Source of the DNA: Squalus acanthias
Lineage: Eukaryota
Length of the DNA stretch: 64,000 bases
Direction of reading: 5' to 3'
Assembly (NCBI GenBank): GCA_030390025.1
Contig: JASTWF010000351.1
Coordinates: forward strand, 1-64,000
The notes under the pieces were generated by a model. That model had not been told where the DNA came from, ran no database searches, and saw only the letters and a list, made by a program, of their open reading frames with translations. The position numbers and the translations under genes are program-made. Below, piece after piece: positions 23,080-37,158 of this stretch; the first letter of the stretch is position 1; every line of letters begins with the position of its first letter.

Positions 23080-25548
23080 AGATAGGGACAGGTTCGCAAT
23101 GTACTGATTGACGAGCACTGAGAGAGGGAAAGGCTCACAATGTACTGATTTAACAGCACTGAAAGAAGGAAAGACTCACAATGTACTGATTGACCAGCAC
23201 TGAGAGGGGGACAGGCTCACAATGTACTGATTGGGCAGCACTGAGTGAGGGACAGGCTCACAATGTACTGATTGACCAGCACTGAGAGGGGGACAGGCTC
23301 ACAATGTACTGATTGACCAGCACTGAGAGGGGGACAGGCTCACAATGTACTGATTGGGCAGCACTGAGTGAGGGACAGGCTCACAATGTACTGATTGACC
23401 AGCACTGAGTGAGGGACAGGCTCACAATGTACTGATTGACCAGCACTGAGAGAGGGACAGGCTCACAATGTACTGATTGACCAGCACTGAGAGAGGGACA
23501 GACTCACAATGTACTGATTGACCAGCACTGAGAGAGGGACAGGCTCACAATGTACTGATTGGGCAGCACTGAGAGAGGGACAGACTCACAATGTACTGAT
23601 TGGGCAGCACTGAGAGAGGGACAGACTCACAATGTACTGATTGACCAGCACTGAGAGAGGGACAGACTCACAATGTACTGATTGACAAGCACTGAGGGAG
23701 GGACAGGCTCACAATGTACTGATTGACCAGCACTGAGAGAGGGACAGACTCACAATGTACTGATTGACCAGCACTGAGAGAGGGACAGACTCACAATGTA
23801 CTGATTGACCAGCACTGAGAGAGGCACAGGCTCACAATGTACTGATTGGGCAGCACTGAGAGAGGGACAGACTCACAATGTACTGATTGACAAGCACTGA
23901 GAGGGGGACAGGCTCACAATGTACTGATTGACCAGCACTGAGAGGGGGACAGGCTCACAATGTACTGATTGGGCAGCACTGAGGGAGGGACAGGCTCACA
24001 ATGTACTGATTGACCAGCACTGAGAGAGGGACAGGCTCACAATGTACTGATTGGGCAGCACTGAGAGAGGGACAGACTCACAATGTACTGATTGACCAGC
24101 ACTGAGAGAGGGACAGACTCACAATGTACTGATTGACCAGCACTGAGAGAGGGACAGACTCACAATGTACTGATTGACCAGCACTGAGAGAGCGACAGGC
24201 TCACAATGTACTGATTGGGCAGCACTGAGAGAGGGACAGGCTCACAATGTACTGATTGGGCAGCACTGAGAGAGGGACAGGCTCACAATGTACTGATTGG
24301 GCAGCACTGAGAGAGGGACAGGCTCACAATGTACTAATTGACCAGCACTGAGAGAGGGACAGGCTCACAATGTACTGATTGACCAGCACTGAGAGAGGGA
24401 CAGACTCACAATGTACTGATTGGGCAGCACTGAGAGAGGGACAGACTCACAATGTACTGAATTACCAGCACTGAGAGAGGGACAGGCTCACAATGTACTG
24501 ATTACCAGCACTGAGAGAGGGACAGGCTCACAATGTACTAATTGACCAGCACTGAGAGAGGGGCAGGCTCACAATGTACTGATTGGGCAGCACTGAGAGA
24601 GGGACAGGCTCACAATGTACTGATTGGGCAGCACTGAGAGGGACAGGCTCACAATGTACTGATTGACAAGCACTGAGAGAGGGACAGACTCACAATGTAC
24701 TGAATTACCAGCACTGAGAGAGGGACAGACTCACAATGTACTGAATTACCAGCACTGAGAGAGGGACAGACTCACAATGTACTGATTGACAAGCACTGAG
24801 AGAGGGACAGACTCACAATGTACTGATTGACAAGCACTGAGAGAGGGACAGACTCACAATGTACTGATTGACCAGCACTGAGAGAGGGACAGGCTCACAA
24901 TGTACTGATTGACCAGCACTGAGAGAGGGACAGACTCACAATGTACTGAATTACCAGCACTGAGAGAGGGACAGACTCACAATGTACTGATTGACAAGCA
25001 CTGAGAGAGGGACAGACTCACAATGTACTGATTGACCAGCACTGAGAGAGGGACAGGCTCACAATGTACTGATTGACAAGCACTGAGAGAGGGACAGACT
25101 CACAATGTACTGATTGACAAGCACTGAGAGAGGGACAGACTCACAATGTACTGATTGACCAGCACTGAGAGAGGGACAGGCTCACAATGTACTGATTGAC
25201 CAGCAGTGAGAGAGGGACAGACTCACAATGTACTGATTGGGCAGCACTGAGAGAGGGACAGGCTCACAATGTACTGATTGACCAGCACTGAGAGAGGGAC
25301 AGACTCACAATGTACTGATTGACCAGCACTGAGAGAGGGACAGACTCACAATGTACTGATTGACCAGCAGTGAGAGAGGGACAGACTCACAATGTACTGA
25401 TTGACCAGCACTGAGAGAGGGACAGACTCACAATGTACTGATTGGGCAGCACTGAGAGAGGGACAGGCTCACAATGTACTGATTGACAAGCACTGAGAGG
25501 GGGACAGGCTCACAATGTACTGATTGACCAGCACTGAGAGAGGGACAA
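23080..25548. repeat. 41-bp minisatellite, about 60 copies
   Basis: Unit cactgagagagggacag(a/g)ctcacaatgtactgattg(acc/ggc/aca)ag. Confidence 0.97.
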
Positions 25549-26046
25549 GGGGATTTCAACCCTGGGATTATAAACGGGGATTCTAACCCTGAGACTGTAC
25601 ATGGGGATTCTAACCCTGAGACTGTACATGGGGATTCCAACCCTGGGAATTTAAATGGAGATTCTAACCCTGGGACTCTACATGGGGATTCTAACCCTGA
25701 GACTGTACATGGGGATTTCAACCCTGGGACTGTACATGGGGATTCCAACCCTGGGACTGTACATGGGGATTCCAACCCTGGGACTGTACATGGGGATTCC
25801 GACCCTGAGACTGTACATGGGGTTTCCAACCCTGGGACTGTACATGGGGATTCCGACCCTGGGACTGTACATGGCGATTCCAACCCTGGGACTGTACATG
25901 GGGATTCTAACCCTGGGACTGTACATGGGGATTCTAACCCTGAGACTGTACATGGGGATTCTAACCCTGGGACTGTACATGGGGATTCTAACCCTGGGAC
26001 TGTACACGGGGATTCTAACCCTGGGACTGACTGTACACGGGGATTC
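25549..26046. repeat. 27-bp minisatellite, about 18 copies
   Basis: Unit ggggatt(c/t)(t/c)aaccctg(g/a)gactgtacat; gives 9-aa repeating ORFs. Confidence 0.96.
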
Positions 26047-26179
26047 CTGTCCTACGACTTTACAAGGGGGGCCCAGCACTGGGGCTCTTCAGTTACAATT
26101 GTGTGGGATGTTAACCATATCTTCTGCTTTTGCCAGCACGTTCAGGAGAGATGGTGAGAAATCCGAAGTATGGAGAGTC

Positions 26180-26600
26180 TGAATCAATGATTTACTCTCC
26201 CGGGCACAAGAACCCGGTTGGGAACAGACACTGAAACCCCGCCCAATCTTTGTTCCTGTGCCAAGATGACCGCGCATGCGCGTTGCTACTCACTGAACAA
26301 AGATGGCGGCGCGCTGAACCACCAGCCTTCCTGCACAAAGATGGCGGCCGTTATCCTGGGCCTGTGACAAGAAGAAGCCCCGAAGCTGCAAACGTTGGAC
26401 CTTCAGGTTATTATTGGGGGTTTCCGGCCTACAGTAATTGTTTATGAAGCATTACCACCTATCTGCCGGTCCATTTCTCCGCGCAGTCCAGCCGCTTCTA
26501 AATAAATTTATTTGGAGCTCAAATCGCAAACAAATTACTCGGCGCTCGCACCCATCGCGCATGCTCCAAACTAGACGGGTCACGCGCCTGCGCACCGGGC
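26180..26600. promoter_or_regulatory. CpG-rich promoter, paralogous to the zinc-finger gene promoter at 48900-49050
   Basis: GC box ccccgccc, two YY1-type aagatggcggc, NRF1-type gcgcatgcgc and gcgcctgcgc. The first part aligns with the 48.9 kb block. Confidence 0.65.
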
Positions 26601-26849
26601 TCCTGTAGTCAGGGTGCGGCACATTCTCCCCCGCGGGGAATGCTGGGTAAAAGCCCCGCCAGTGAATAGAACAATATTTACAGGGAATACATTGAGCACT
26701 GAACAATGTTCATTCTGGCAGTTAGAGTGTGTTGCTGCTGATCCTAATAACCCCTATACCCGGGCTGGAGATTGATATTCTGTATTAATATTGAATGAAT
26801 CAACTTTGTTTCAAACTCAGTAAGTGTAAGATTTCTCCAGGATGTTGTA

Positions 26850-29348
26850 GATGGATTTACAGTCTATGTATGTGAACGCACGAAGCAGAGTAAACAAGGT
26901 TGGTAAGCTCCAGGTGCAAATAGCCACATGGGAATAGGACGTGGTGACAATAACAGAGACCTGGCTCAAAAAAGGGCAGGATTGGGTATTAAATATTCCT
27001 GGATATAAGTTGTTTATGAAAGATGGGGAAGGAAAGATAGAAGGTGGTGTGGCAGTATTGGTTAAGGAGAATATTACAGTGCTGGAGAGAGAGGATGTCC
27101 TGGAAGGGTCAAGGATAGAATCTATATGTTTAGAGATAAGAAATAATAGAGGTGCCATTACATTACTAGGTGTATTCTATAGGCCAACAACTAGTGGGAA
27201 AATATGGATGAGCAAATTTGGAGAGAAATTAGAGAGAGATGCAAGAACTATAGAGTAGTGATAATGGGGGACTTCACTTATCCTAATATAGACTGGGATA
27301 GTAATAGTGTAATGGGCAGAGAGGGGGAAGAATTTCTGAAGTGTGTTCAGGAGAACTTTCTTGATCAGTATGTTTCCGGACCAATGAGGGAGGAGGCATT
27401 GCTGGACCTGGTTCTGGGGAATGAGGTGGGTCAAGTGGAGCGAGTGTCAGTAAGTAAACCTTTAGGGAACAGTGATCATAGTATCATAAGGTTTAGATTA
27501 GCTATGGAAAAGGACGGGGAGCAATCTAGAGTAAAAATACTTAATTGGAGGAAGGCCAATTTCAGTGGGATGAGAAGGGATTTGGCCCGGGTAAACTGGA
27601 ATCAAAGATTGGCAGGCAAAACTGTAATGGAACAATGGGCTGCCTTTAAAGAGGAAATAGTTCGGGTACATTCGAAGTACATTCCCACTAGGGGGAAAGG
27701 CAGCGTAACTAAAGTCGGAGCTCCCTGGATGACGAAAGAGATAGAGAGTACAATGAAGCAGCAAAAGAGTGTGTATGACAGATGTCAGGTCCAGAATAGA
27801 TCTGAGAATCAGGCTAAATATAGAAAGTTCAGAGGAGAAGTGAAAAAGAAAATAAGAGGGGCCAAGAGAGGGTATGAGAATAGAATGGCAGCCAACATAA
27901 AAGATAATCCAAAAGTCTTCTAAAGGCATATAAATAGTAAATGGGTAGTAAGAGGAGGGGTGGGGCTGATTAGGGACCAAAAAGGAGAGCTACGCATAGA
28001 GGCAGAGGGCATTGCTGAGGTACTAAATGAGAACTTTGCATCTGTCTTTACCAAGGAAGAAGATGCTGCCAAAAACATAGTGGAGAAGGAGGTAGAGGAG
28101 ATATTGGATGGGATACAAATTGATAAAGAGGAGGTACTAGAAAGGCTGGCTGTACTTAAAGTAGATAAGTCACCAGGACCAGATGGGATGAATCCTAGGA
28201 CGCTGAGGGAAGTGAAGGAAGGAATTGCAGAGGTACTGACCATAATCTTCCAATCCTCCTTAGAAATGGGGTTGATGCCAGAGGACTGGAGAATTGCAAA
28301 TGTTACACCCTTGTTCAAAAAAGGGTGCAAAGATAAACCCAGCAACTACAGGCTAGTCCGTTTAATCTCAGTAGTGAGGAAGCTTTTCTAAACAATAATC
28401 AGGGACAAAATTAACAATCACTTGGACAAGTGTGGATTAATTAAGGAAAGCCAGCATGGATTTGTTAAAGGCAAATCGTGTTTAACCAACTTGATCGAGT
28501 TATTTGATGAGGTAACAGAGAGGGTTGATGAGGGCAATGAGGTTGACATGGTGTACATGGACTTCCAAAAGGTGTTCGATAAAATACCACATAATAGGCT
28601 TGTCAGCAAAGTTGAAGCCCATGGAATGAAAGGGTCAGTGGCAGCATGGATACAAAATTGGCTAAGTGACAGGAAACAGAGAGTAGTGGTGAACGGTTGT
28701 TTTTCAGACAGTTGGTTCTAGGATCACTGCTTTTTTTGATATATATTAATGACTTGGATGTGGGTGTGAAGGCACAATTTCATAATCTGCAGATGACACG
28801 AAACTTATAGTGAACAGTGAGGAGGATAGCGATAGAGTTCAAGAGGACAGAGACAGGCTGGTGAAATTGGCGGACATGTGGCAGATGAAATTTAATGCAG
28901 AAAAGTGCGAAGTGATACATTTAGGTAGAAAGAATAAAGAGAGGAAATATAAACTAAATAGTACAATTCTAAAGGGGGTGCATGAACAGAGAGACCTAGG
29001 GGTACGTGTGCACAAATCGTTGAAGGTGGCAGGGCAGGTTAAGATAGCAGTTAAAAAAGCTTACGGGATACTGTGCTTCATGAATAGAGTTATAGAGTAC
29101 AAAAGTGTAGAAATTATGATGAACCTGTATAAAACACTGGAGTATTGTGTCCAATTCTGGGCACCGCACTTTAGGAAGGATGTGAAGGCCTTAGGAAGGG
29201 TGCAGAAAAGATTTACGAGAATGGTTCCAGGGATGAGGGACTTCAGTTACGTGGATAGTCTGGAGAAGCTGGGGTTGTTCTCCTTGGAGCAGAGAAGATT
29301 GAGAGGAGATTTGATAGAGGCGTTCAAAATCATGGGGGGTCTGGACAA
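26850..29348 (+). mobile_element. CR1 LINE ORF2, older decayed subfamily
   Basis: Successive APE and RT fragments (ITETW, GDFT, SDH, KSPGPD, DFQKVFDK) with stops, frameshifts and deletions. Confidence 0.92.
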
Positions 29349-29925
29349 AGGTAAAAGGGCAGGTGTAGCAACTCCTGCGCTTGCACGGGAAGATGCCGTG
29401 GGAAGGGGAGAGGGTGTTGGGGCTGATTGAGTAATGGACCAGGGTGTCGCGGAGGGAGCGGTCCCTTTGGAATGGTGAAAGGGGAGGGGAAGATGTGTTT
29501 GGTGGTAGGATCACGCTGGAGGTGGGGAAATAGCGGAGGATGATCCGTTGATTGTGGAGGCTGGTGGGGTGAAAGGTGAGGACAAGGGGACCCCTATCGT
29601 GGTCCTGGGAGGGAGGGGAAGGGGTGAGAGCAGAATTGCGGGAGATGGAACGGACACAGCCGAGGGCTCTGTCAACCACAGTAGAGGGGAATCCTCGGTT
29701 GAGGTAAAAGGAAGACATATCGGAAGCACTAGTGTGGAAATTCCCTTTTGTTCTTTCCTCCCCTCCCCCCTTTCCCTACCTCCGCACCTGCTTAAAAATC
29801 TGTTACATCTCTAACATTTCCCAGTTCTGACGAAAGGTCACTGAGCTGAAACGTTAACTCTGTTTCTCTCTCCACACATGCTGCCTGACCTGCTGAGTAT
29901 TTCCAGCATTTTCTGTTTATATTTA
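29349..29925. mobile_element. Penelope-like fragment: minus-strand body (29349-29738) plus inverted plus-strand terminal repeat with hammerhead (29740-29925)
   Basis: Homologous to 18635-19030 and, in reverse orientation, to 17864-18050. agtt-CTGACGA...GAAACGTT-aact at 29823-29859. Confidence 0.85.
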
Positions 29926-31155
29926 TTATAAGTGCACCTCCTGCATGTTGCATTAGGGTTTTACCAGTTTGACTTCTTCACATCAGCGACACATAATCAA
30001 ACTGTGACGTCATCACCAAAACAATGCAGCGTCATCAGTGTCACTTGGTGGCCATGGCAACATCAGTGCGACCTCTGATCCTCAGCCACTCGGAGTGCTC
30101 GATGTGACCTCATCAGAATGTGCTGACATTGGACCTGGTGTTGGGGGCCGGGGGCGCTGCATAGGCGGTGTGGCATCGCCCGCCCGTTATACGCCCCGCC
30201 CGATATTCCACTCCATGGACTGCAACACAACTGAATATTGGGCGTGTCGGATAATGGGCGGAGAACGTGATTCCACCTGTTTTACATCCCCACCCCCCAT
30301 GTCCAATTTCATATCATTAATGGAAGGAAATCTCGTTATTGTGATAAAGACTCTGCTCACTCCCTGCAGTGCTGGAGTAAAAAACACATCACCAGGTTTA
30401 AAGGGTAAAGAGACTGAATATGGGGGAATCAGCAGGTCCTGGTAGTATGTGTCCAAAAATACTGGAAGAGGTTGGAGAGGAAACAGTGAAGGTAATAGTC
30501 AAGAAATAGAAGATTATGGAAACAGAAATAGTGTGAAATTCGCTGGAGAGCAGCAAGTGTTTCATTCCCTTCCAAACAAGGGAAATAATAAGTCAGAGAA
30601 ATTACAGATTTATTAACCTCACGTCAGGTCAGGTTCATTTTTACCATCACTTGCACCGATCACCACACACTGGAGGTTTATATCAGGAGCTTCTGTGTGA
30701 TGGTGAGGTGATCACTGGACAATAAAGTGCAGAGACTGGTGGGTGGGTGCTCATTATCCTCGGTGTGATTTAATCCCCTTTCCCACTGAATACTGCGGAC
30801 AGACAGACTCATCTTGGCAACGGAATGGTCAGTGTGACATCACTTTCTAAACAAGAGCCCACAAGACAATGGGTTATCAATAAATGTTAAAGGGATTCAA
30901 TGCTCTGAAGTTACACTATGAATAAAGGAAATAAAATGCTGATCAATAATGGGTGAAGATAATGATTTCTCTCTGTGGTATGTGCTTGCACACATTAAGA
31001 ATGATGAGCTTTGTACACACACACAGCAAACACTTTGTGAGGCTCTTTTCAGTTGTTGCTCTGAACCCGCTGAGAGCTGGTGCACCCAGTGGGCATTAGG
31101 ACCCTGCGGCTGCCCATCCGGCGGTGCTGTGAGGTCACGGTTCCAGGCTCTGTCT

Positions 31156-33953
31156 CATAGAAACATAGAAGATAGGAGCAGGAGTAGGCCATTCGGCCCC
31201 TCGAGCCTGCTCCGACATTCGATGAGATCATGGCTGATCATGCAAATTTAGTACCCTGTCCCTGCTTTCTCCCCATATCCCTTGATCCCTTTAGCCTTAA
31301 GAAATATATCTATCTCCTTCTTGAATATATTTAATGAATTGGCCTCAACTGCCTTCTGTGGTAGAGAATTCCTCAGGTTCATCACTCTCTGGGTGAAGAA
31401 ATTCCTCCTCATCTCAGTCCGAAATGGCTTACCCCTTAGACTGTGCCCCTGGTTCTGGACTCTCCCGCCATCGGGAACATCCTTCCTGCATCTAGTCTGT
31501 CTAGTCTTGTTAGAACTTTATAAGTTTCAATGAGATCCCCTCTCATTCTTCTAAACTCCAGCGAATATAAGCCTAATTGACCCAATCGCTCTTCATACAT
31601 CATTCCTGCCATCCCAGGTATCAGTCTGGTGAATCTTCGCTGCACTCCCATGTGCCTTAACTTTACACGTTAATCTCTTATGTGGGACCTTATCGAAAGC
31701 CTTTTGAAAGTCCAAATACACCACATCCACTGGTTCTCCCTTCTCTATTCTACCAGTTACATCCTCAAAAAATTCCAGTAGATTAGTCAAGCATGATTTA
31801 CCTTTTGTAATTCCATGTTGACTTTGTTCGATCCTGTCACTGTTTTCCAAGTGCTCTGCTATTACATCTTTTATAATGGACTCTAGCATTTTCCCCACTA
31901 CCGATGTCAGGCTTACCGGTCTATAATTCCCTGTTTTCTCTCTACCATCCTTTTTAAATAGTGGGGTTACATTAGCTACCCTCCAATCAATGGGAACTGT
32001 TCCAGAGTCTATAGAATTTTGGAAGATGACCAGCAATACATCTACTATTTCTAGGGCCACTTAAGTACCCGAGGATGTAGATTATCAGGCCCTGGGGATT
32101 TATCGGCCTTCAATCCCATCAATTTCCCTAACACCATTTCCCTACAAATACTGATTTCATTCAATTCCTCCCTCTCATTGGACCCTATGTTCCCCGACAT
32201 CTCTGGGAGGTTATTTGTGTCCACCTTTGTGAAGACAGAACCAAAGTATGTATTTAATTGGTCTGCCATTTCTTTGTTCAACATTATAAATTCCCCTGAT
32301 TCGGACTGCAAGGGACCTATGCTTGACTTCACCAATCTTTTTCTCTTCACACATCTATAGAAGCTTCTACAGTCAGGTTTTATATTCCCTGCAAGCTTAC
32401 TCTCATATTCTATTTTCCCCCTCTTAATTAATCCCTTTGTCCTTTGTTGCTGATTCCTAAACTGTTCCCAATCCTCAGGTTTGCTGCTTTTTCTGGACAA
32501 TTTATATGTCCTCTTCTTGGATCTTATGCTGTCCCTAATTTCCCTTGTTAACCACGGTTTGTTTTATTTTTATGTCAAACAGGGATGAACAAATTCTGTA
32601 GTTCATCCATGCGATCTTTAAATGTTTGCCATTGCCTATCCACCATCAACCCTTTAAGTAACGCTCCCCAATCCATCCTAGCCAACTCGCACCTCATACC
32701 ATCGTAGTTTCCTTTATTTAAATTCAGGACCCTAGTCTCTGAGTCAACTACTTCACTCTCCATCTTAATGAAAAATTCTGTCATATTATGATCGCTCCTC
32801 CCCAAGGGGTCTCGCACAACAAGATTGCTAATTAATCCTTTCTCATTACATAATACCCAGTCTAAGATGGCCTGATCTCTAGTTGGTTCCTCGACATATT
32901 GGTCCAGGAAACCATCCCGTATACACTCTAGGAATTCCTCCTCCACAGTATTGTTACTAATTTGGTTAGCCCAATCTATATGTAGATTAAAGTCACCCAT
33001 GATAACTGCTGTGCCCTTATTGCACGCATCTCTAATTTCCCGTTTAATGCCATCCCCAACCTCAGCATTACTGTTTGGGGGTCTGTATACAACTCCCACT
33101 AACGTTTTCTGCCCCTTGGTATTTCTCAGCTCTACCCATACAGATTCCACATCATCAGAGCTAATATCCTTCCTTACTATTGTGTTAATCTCCTCTTTAA
33201 CCAGCAATGCTACCACACCTCCTTTTCCTTTTTGCCTGTCCTTCCTGAATATTGAATACCCCTGGATGTTGAATTCCCAGCCTTGGTCACCCTGGAGCTA
33301 TGTCTCCGTAATCCCAATTATATCATATTCATTTACATCTATTTGTGCAGCTAATTCATCCACCTTATTACGAATGCTCCTCGCATTAAGACACAAAGCC
33401 TTCAGGCTTGTTTTTTTAACACTCTTAGTCCTTTTAGAATTATTATTTACTGTAGCCCTGTTTGATTTACACCCTTGATTTCTCTGCCTTCCACTTTTGC
33501 TTTTCTCCTTCCTGTCTTTTGTTGCTATCCTTGCTTCCCTTTCCTCTGTCTCCCTGCACACGTTCCCAACCCCCTGCCATTTTAGTTTAAACCCTCCCCA
33601 ACAGCACTAGCAAACACTCCCCCTAGGACATTGGTCCCGGTCCTGCCCAGGTGCAAACCGTCCAGTTTGTACTGGTCCTACCTCCCCCAGAACTGGTTCC
33701 AAAGTCCCAGGAATTTGAATTCCTCCCCCTTGCACCATTCCTCTAGCCACGTATTCATCTGAAATATCCTTCTATTTCTACTCTGACTAGCATGTGGCAC
33801 TGGTAGCAATCCTGAGATTACTACCTTTGAGGTCCTATTTTTTAAATTTACCTCCTAACTCCCTGTATTCAGCTTTTAGGACCTCATCCCGTTTTTTACC
33901 TATATCATTGGTACCTATATGCACCACGACAACTGGCTGTTCACCCTCCCCCT
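31156..33953 (-). mobile_element. CR1 LINE with ORF1 C-terminus and an internally deleted ORF2
   Basis: 3' tail at 31156; RT jumps from KAHG to VQRRFTRL at about 31646; APE 32575-33400; ORF1 end with TTTAAAC-stop at 33585. Confidence 0.92.
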
Positions 33954-34596
33954 TTCCTGAACACTTTATAACCAGGAACATTTAATACCCAATCCTGACC
34001 TTTTTTGAGCCAGGTCTCCTTTATTGCCACAACATCATATTCCCATGTGACTATTTGTGCCTGCAGCTCACTTGTTTACTGCGCTTTGTGCGTTCACATA
34101 CATACACTGTGAACCCATCTGAGACCATCCTGTATTCTCTCTTAGTTTGACCCCACCTAATACCTTACTATTTCTTACTTTAGTGCTCTCTGCCTCTCCC
34201 AATCCTTTGAGCACTTTATTTCCCCTTTCTAATGTTACATCCTGGTGCCCATCCCACTGCCAAATTAGTTTAAACCTTCCCCAACAGCATTAGCAAACCT
34301 CCCCACGAGGATATTGGTACCGGCTCTGTTGAGGTTCAACCCGTCCGGCCTGTACAGGTCCCACCTCCCCCAGAACCGGCCCCAATTCCCCAGGAAGCTG
34401 AAGCCCTCCCTCCTGCACCATCTCTCCAGCCACACATTCATCTGCTCTATCCTCCTATTTCTATACTCACTCGCCCGTGGCACTGGGAGTAATCCGGAGA
34501 TTACTACCTTTGAGGTCCTGCCTCTTAATCTCTTTCCGAGCTCCCTAAAATCTGTCTGCAGGACCTCATCCCTCTTTCTACCTACATTGTTGGTAC

Positions 34597-35287
34597 TGAA
34601 GGATCCAGCTTGTTCCCAAAGAATTCTGGGATACTTGACTACATTAACCCTCTATTTTACCCATAGAGTAGGCTTAGCTAACGAAAGCACATTTGTAGAT
34701 TGCAAGACGCCCCTTCCCTTATCAAACTTCGGAATGTGTGTATTCACAGCCTCAGTAGAGCCATTGTCAAAACACAGCCTGGCCTCCCAAGAGATAGGGG
34801 TGCAATTAATGACCAACACTGTTCCAGTCACTGGGCACATAAGCCATTACGGCCTTGAACCATCCCGCTTGTTCAACAGTTAAGGATAAAATATGTTTTC
34901 TCAAACTATAAACTATGCCTACAAAGGGGAAAAGATAACAGCAGGAATGTGGGGAGCAGGATGAGAAAACCAACATCTGTGACTGGCATGGTCAGGGGGT
35001 ATCCGAGTTCAAGGGGAGGGCCCGACAGTTGAGTGACTAACCACATAACCAATAGAGAGTAACTGTAGTGACACTGTTTGTACATGTACGTCCCATTCTG
35101 TAGTAAGTGGGCGGTGCTTATAGAAATGTATAACTTGAATGAACCGTTACTTGTCCCTCAGAGAGTGCACCCCCTAGCCTGAGGAAGCTGAGTGGCTCTC
35201 CCCTTTGCACAAGTCTTTTGTTTGTTTTAATAAATTCTGAACTTGTCCTCAATTCCGTCTGAGGTTTCTCCAAATTCGAATCTAACA
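34597..35287 (+). repeat. 5' LTR (691 bp)
   Basis: tgaaggatcc...tctaaca; CCAAT, GC box, TATA-like sequence and AATAAA (35229). Confidence 0.95.
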
Positions 35288-35289
35288 GT

Positions 35290-35307
35290 TGGTGTCAGAA
35301 GTGGGAT
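35290..35307 (+). promoter_or_regulatory. Primer binding site, tRNA-Leu type
   Basis: tggtgtcagaagtgggat, 2 nt after the LTR; complementary to the tRNA-Leu(CAA) 3' end. Confidence 0.85.
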
Positions 35308-35629
35308 ACTGCAGGTAAGGACCATCGGAGTTAAAGACACTGGAAGTGACGGCTGAGGCGAGAACCGTGTCGTGTCCTAAGGGAAGAAGTCAGAGTAAGG
35401 CTTCTAGGAGGAACAAGGACTCACTCGTCACCGGTGGGGCTAAAACCGTGTATGGTTCAGTCAGTATAAAATACCCACAAATTAAATTATTCCTCACGGA
35501 GACCGCGGACTGATGGAATTGATTAGACATAAGTGTATATTTCTGATTTAGAGTGTAAGGTGATTCGTTTGTGCCGATTAAAGTATAAGATAGAATATAA
35601 GAAAATACGTAACAATTAATACGGGCCAC

Positions 35630-37150
35630 ATGGGAGACGAGGGGAGACCTCTTTCACCGGACGTTCCGGCTATGGCTACCAGTGTCACTGTCGTTCAACA
35701 GGTCCGAGAGGCTAATTTGAAACTTCAAAGTGAGATGGTTAAAAAGGGGTGGAAAGAAACAAGCCCAGTAGTTGACCAAATAAAGTGGTGGGCGGAACAA
35801 AAGGACGCCAAACAAGTCAAGTACGGGGCGGTTTTGTGTACTAGTTGGATGGATCAGATGGACTTATAATCGTGGACAAGGTGGGGGGAGACCGGCCCCG
35901 TTACAAGAATTCTTGAGACCTGTGCAGGAGGCTAAAGTCCAAGTCAGTAATCTCCTGCCGCTCAAGTCACCAGGGACTGAGAATCTAGACGACTTAAAAA
36001 ACTGGGGTGAGATTGTCGAGGCTCTACAACAAGAGACTCGAGACACACCGACCTTAGATCCCCGGCCCCCATCGGGGACCGTAGAGGTTCAACGAGTCGA
36101 GGCCACCCAACCCACATGCCCCCCCGAATACACTCGTATCTACCCCACCGTACCGCTTCAGTCTGGGGCAGGAAAATCCAACCCCATGGCCCCGTCCGAG
36201 TTAATCCAGCGGTAGGAGCCCAAAACGCAGAGATAGGTGGATGGGGTACGATGGGCGAGGCTCATCCTTTTACGCCCCAGGAGAGATCCAGCGTCATCCT
36301 CCTCATGCCCGACCTCAAAAGATACAATCCTAATGTCGAAGTATGGGCAAAAATACGAAGTGCTGCTCGGCACTTTAATTTGTCCATACAAGACATAAAA
36401 GATATTATCGAGGTGAAATGTCCCTCTATGGTTTATGGGAGACCCCATGTCCTAAATGCCCCAGTCACGGCAGCGGAGTATGAGATCCAATTCGATGGTT
36501 TGAAAACTTGGGCTCAGGCCAGACTGGGCAACGGCACCGCTACCTGGACAGGGCTCACCGCCCTGCGCCAGAGTCCCGGAGAAAACCCCAATGTGTACAT
36601 TGATCCAGTAATCGAGCAGTATGAACATTGGGACCAGACGAATAACATTCCCGCTAATCACGACGACCCACAGCTCATAGATAATCTATTCCAGGGGCTG
36701 GAAAAGCCCGACCAAACCGCCCTCCGAATGCGGGCCAGCCCCCAGCCCACGGAGGCCAGAATCCGGGAGTGGGCTAGTCGACTTTTCGGGCTTCACCAGG
36801 CGGACCTTTATGCCACCCGTCAAGGCCCCACCCCAACTTCTCTGCCCTGGTCCACCAAAGCAGCCCAGGGTATTAAAACAGAGCCTGTAGCAGTCATACA
36901 CGAGGTTCGACTCTGTTACAATTCTAACGCACCGGGCCAAGTGGTTAAGGATTGCACCCAGCCGAGAGTTAAGTGTACTAATTGCGGGAGGCTAGGGCAT
37001 CAACAGGCCAACTGTTACCGACAGGGTGGAGGTAAAGAGGGGCAGGGACCGACCCAACCCGACCCGCTTCAGGCCCTCAGGGACAACCCAAGGGGGGGCT
37101 TGTCAAACCAAGAGATGGAGGCGCTCCGAGCCCTCCTCGCCAGCCACTAG
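35630..37150 (+). pseudogene. gag (disrupted), with one degenerate and one intact CCHC knuckle
   Basis: MHR-like LRQSPGENPNVY; CYNSNAPGQVVKDC and CTNCGRLGHQQANC; broken into three frames. Confidence 0.8.
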
Positions 37151-37158
37151 GACGAGCT

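Noticed and set aside
23080..26046. CRISPR-like array
   Set aside because: Contiguous tandem units with no unique spacers, no cas genes, vertebrate context.
25428..26182. ORFs with 9-aa repeats
   Set aside because: Translation of the 27-bp minisatellite.
29930..30310. Further GC-rich MITE-like fragment (also 19263-19460)
   Set aside because: Could not define paired TIRs or a TSD.
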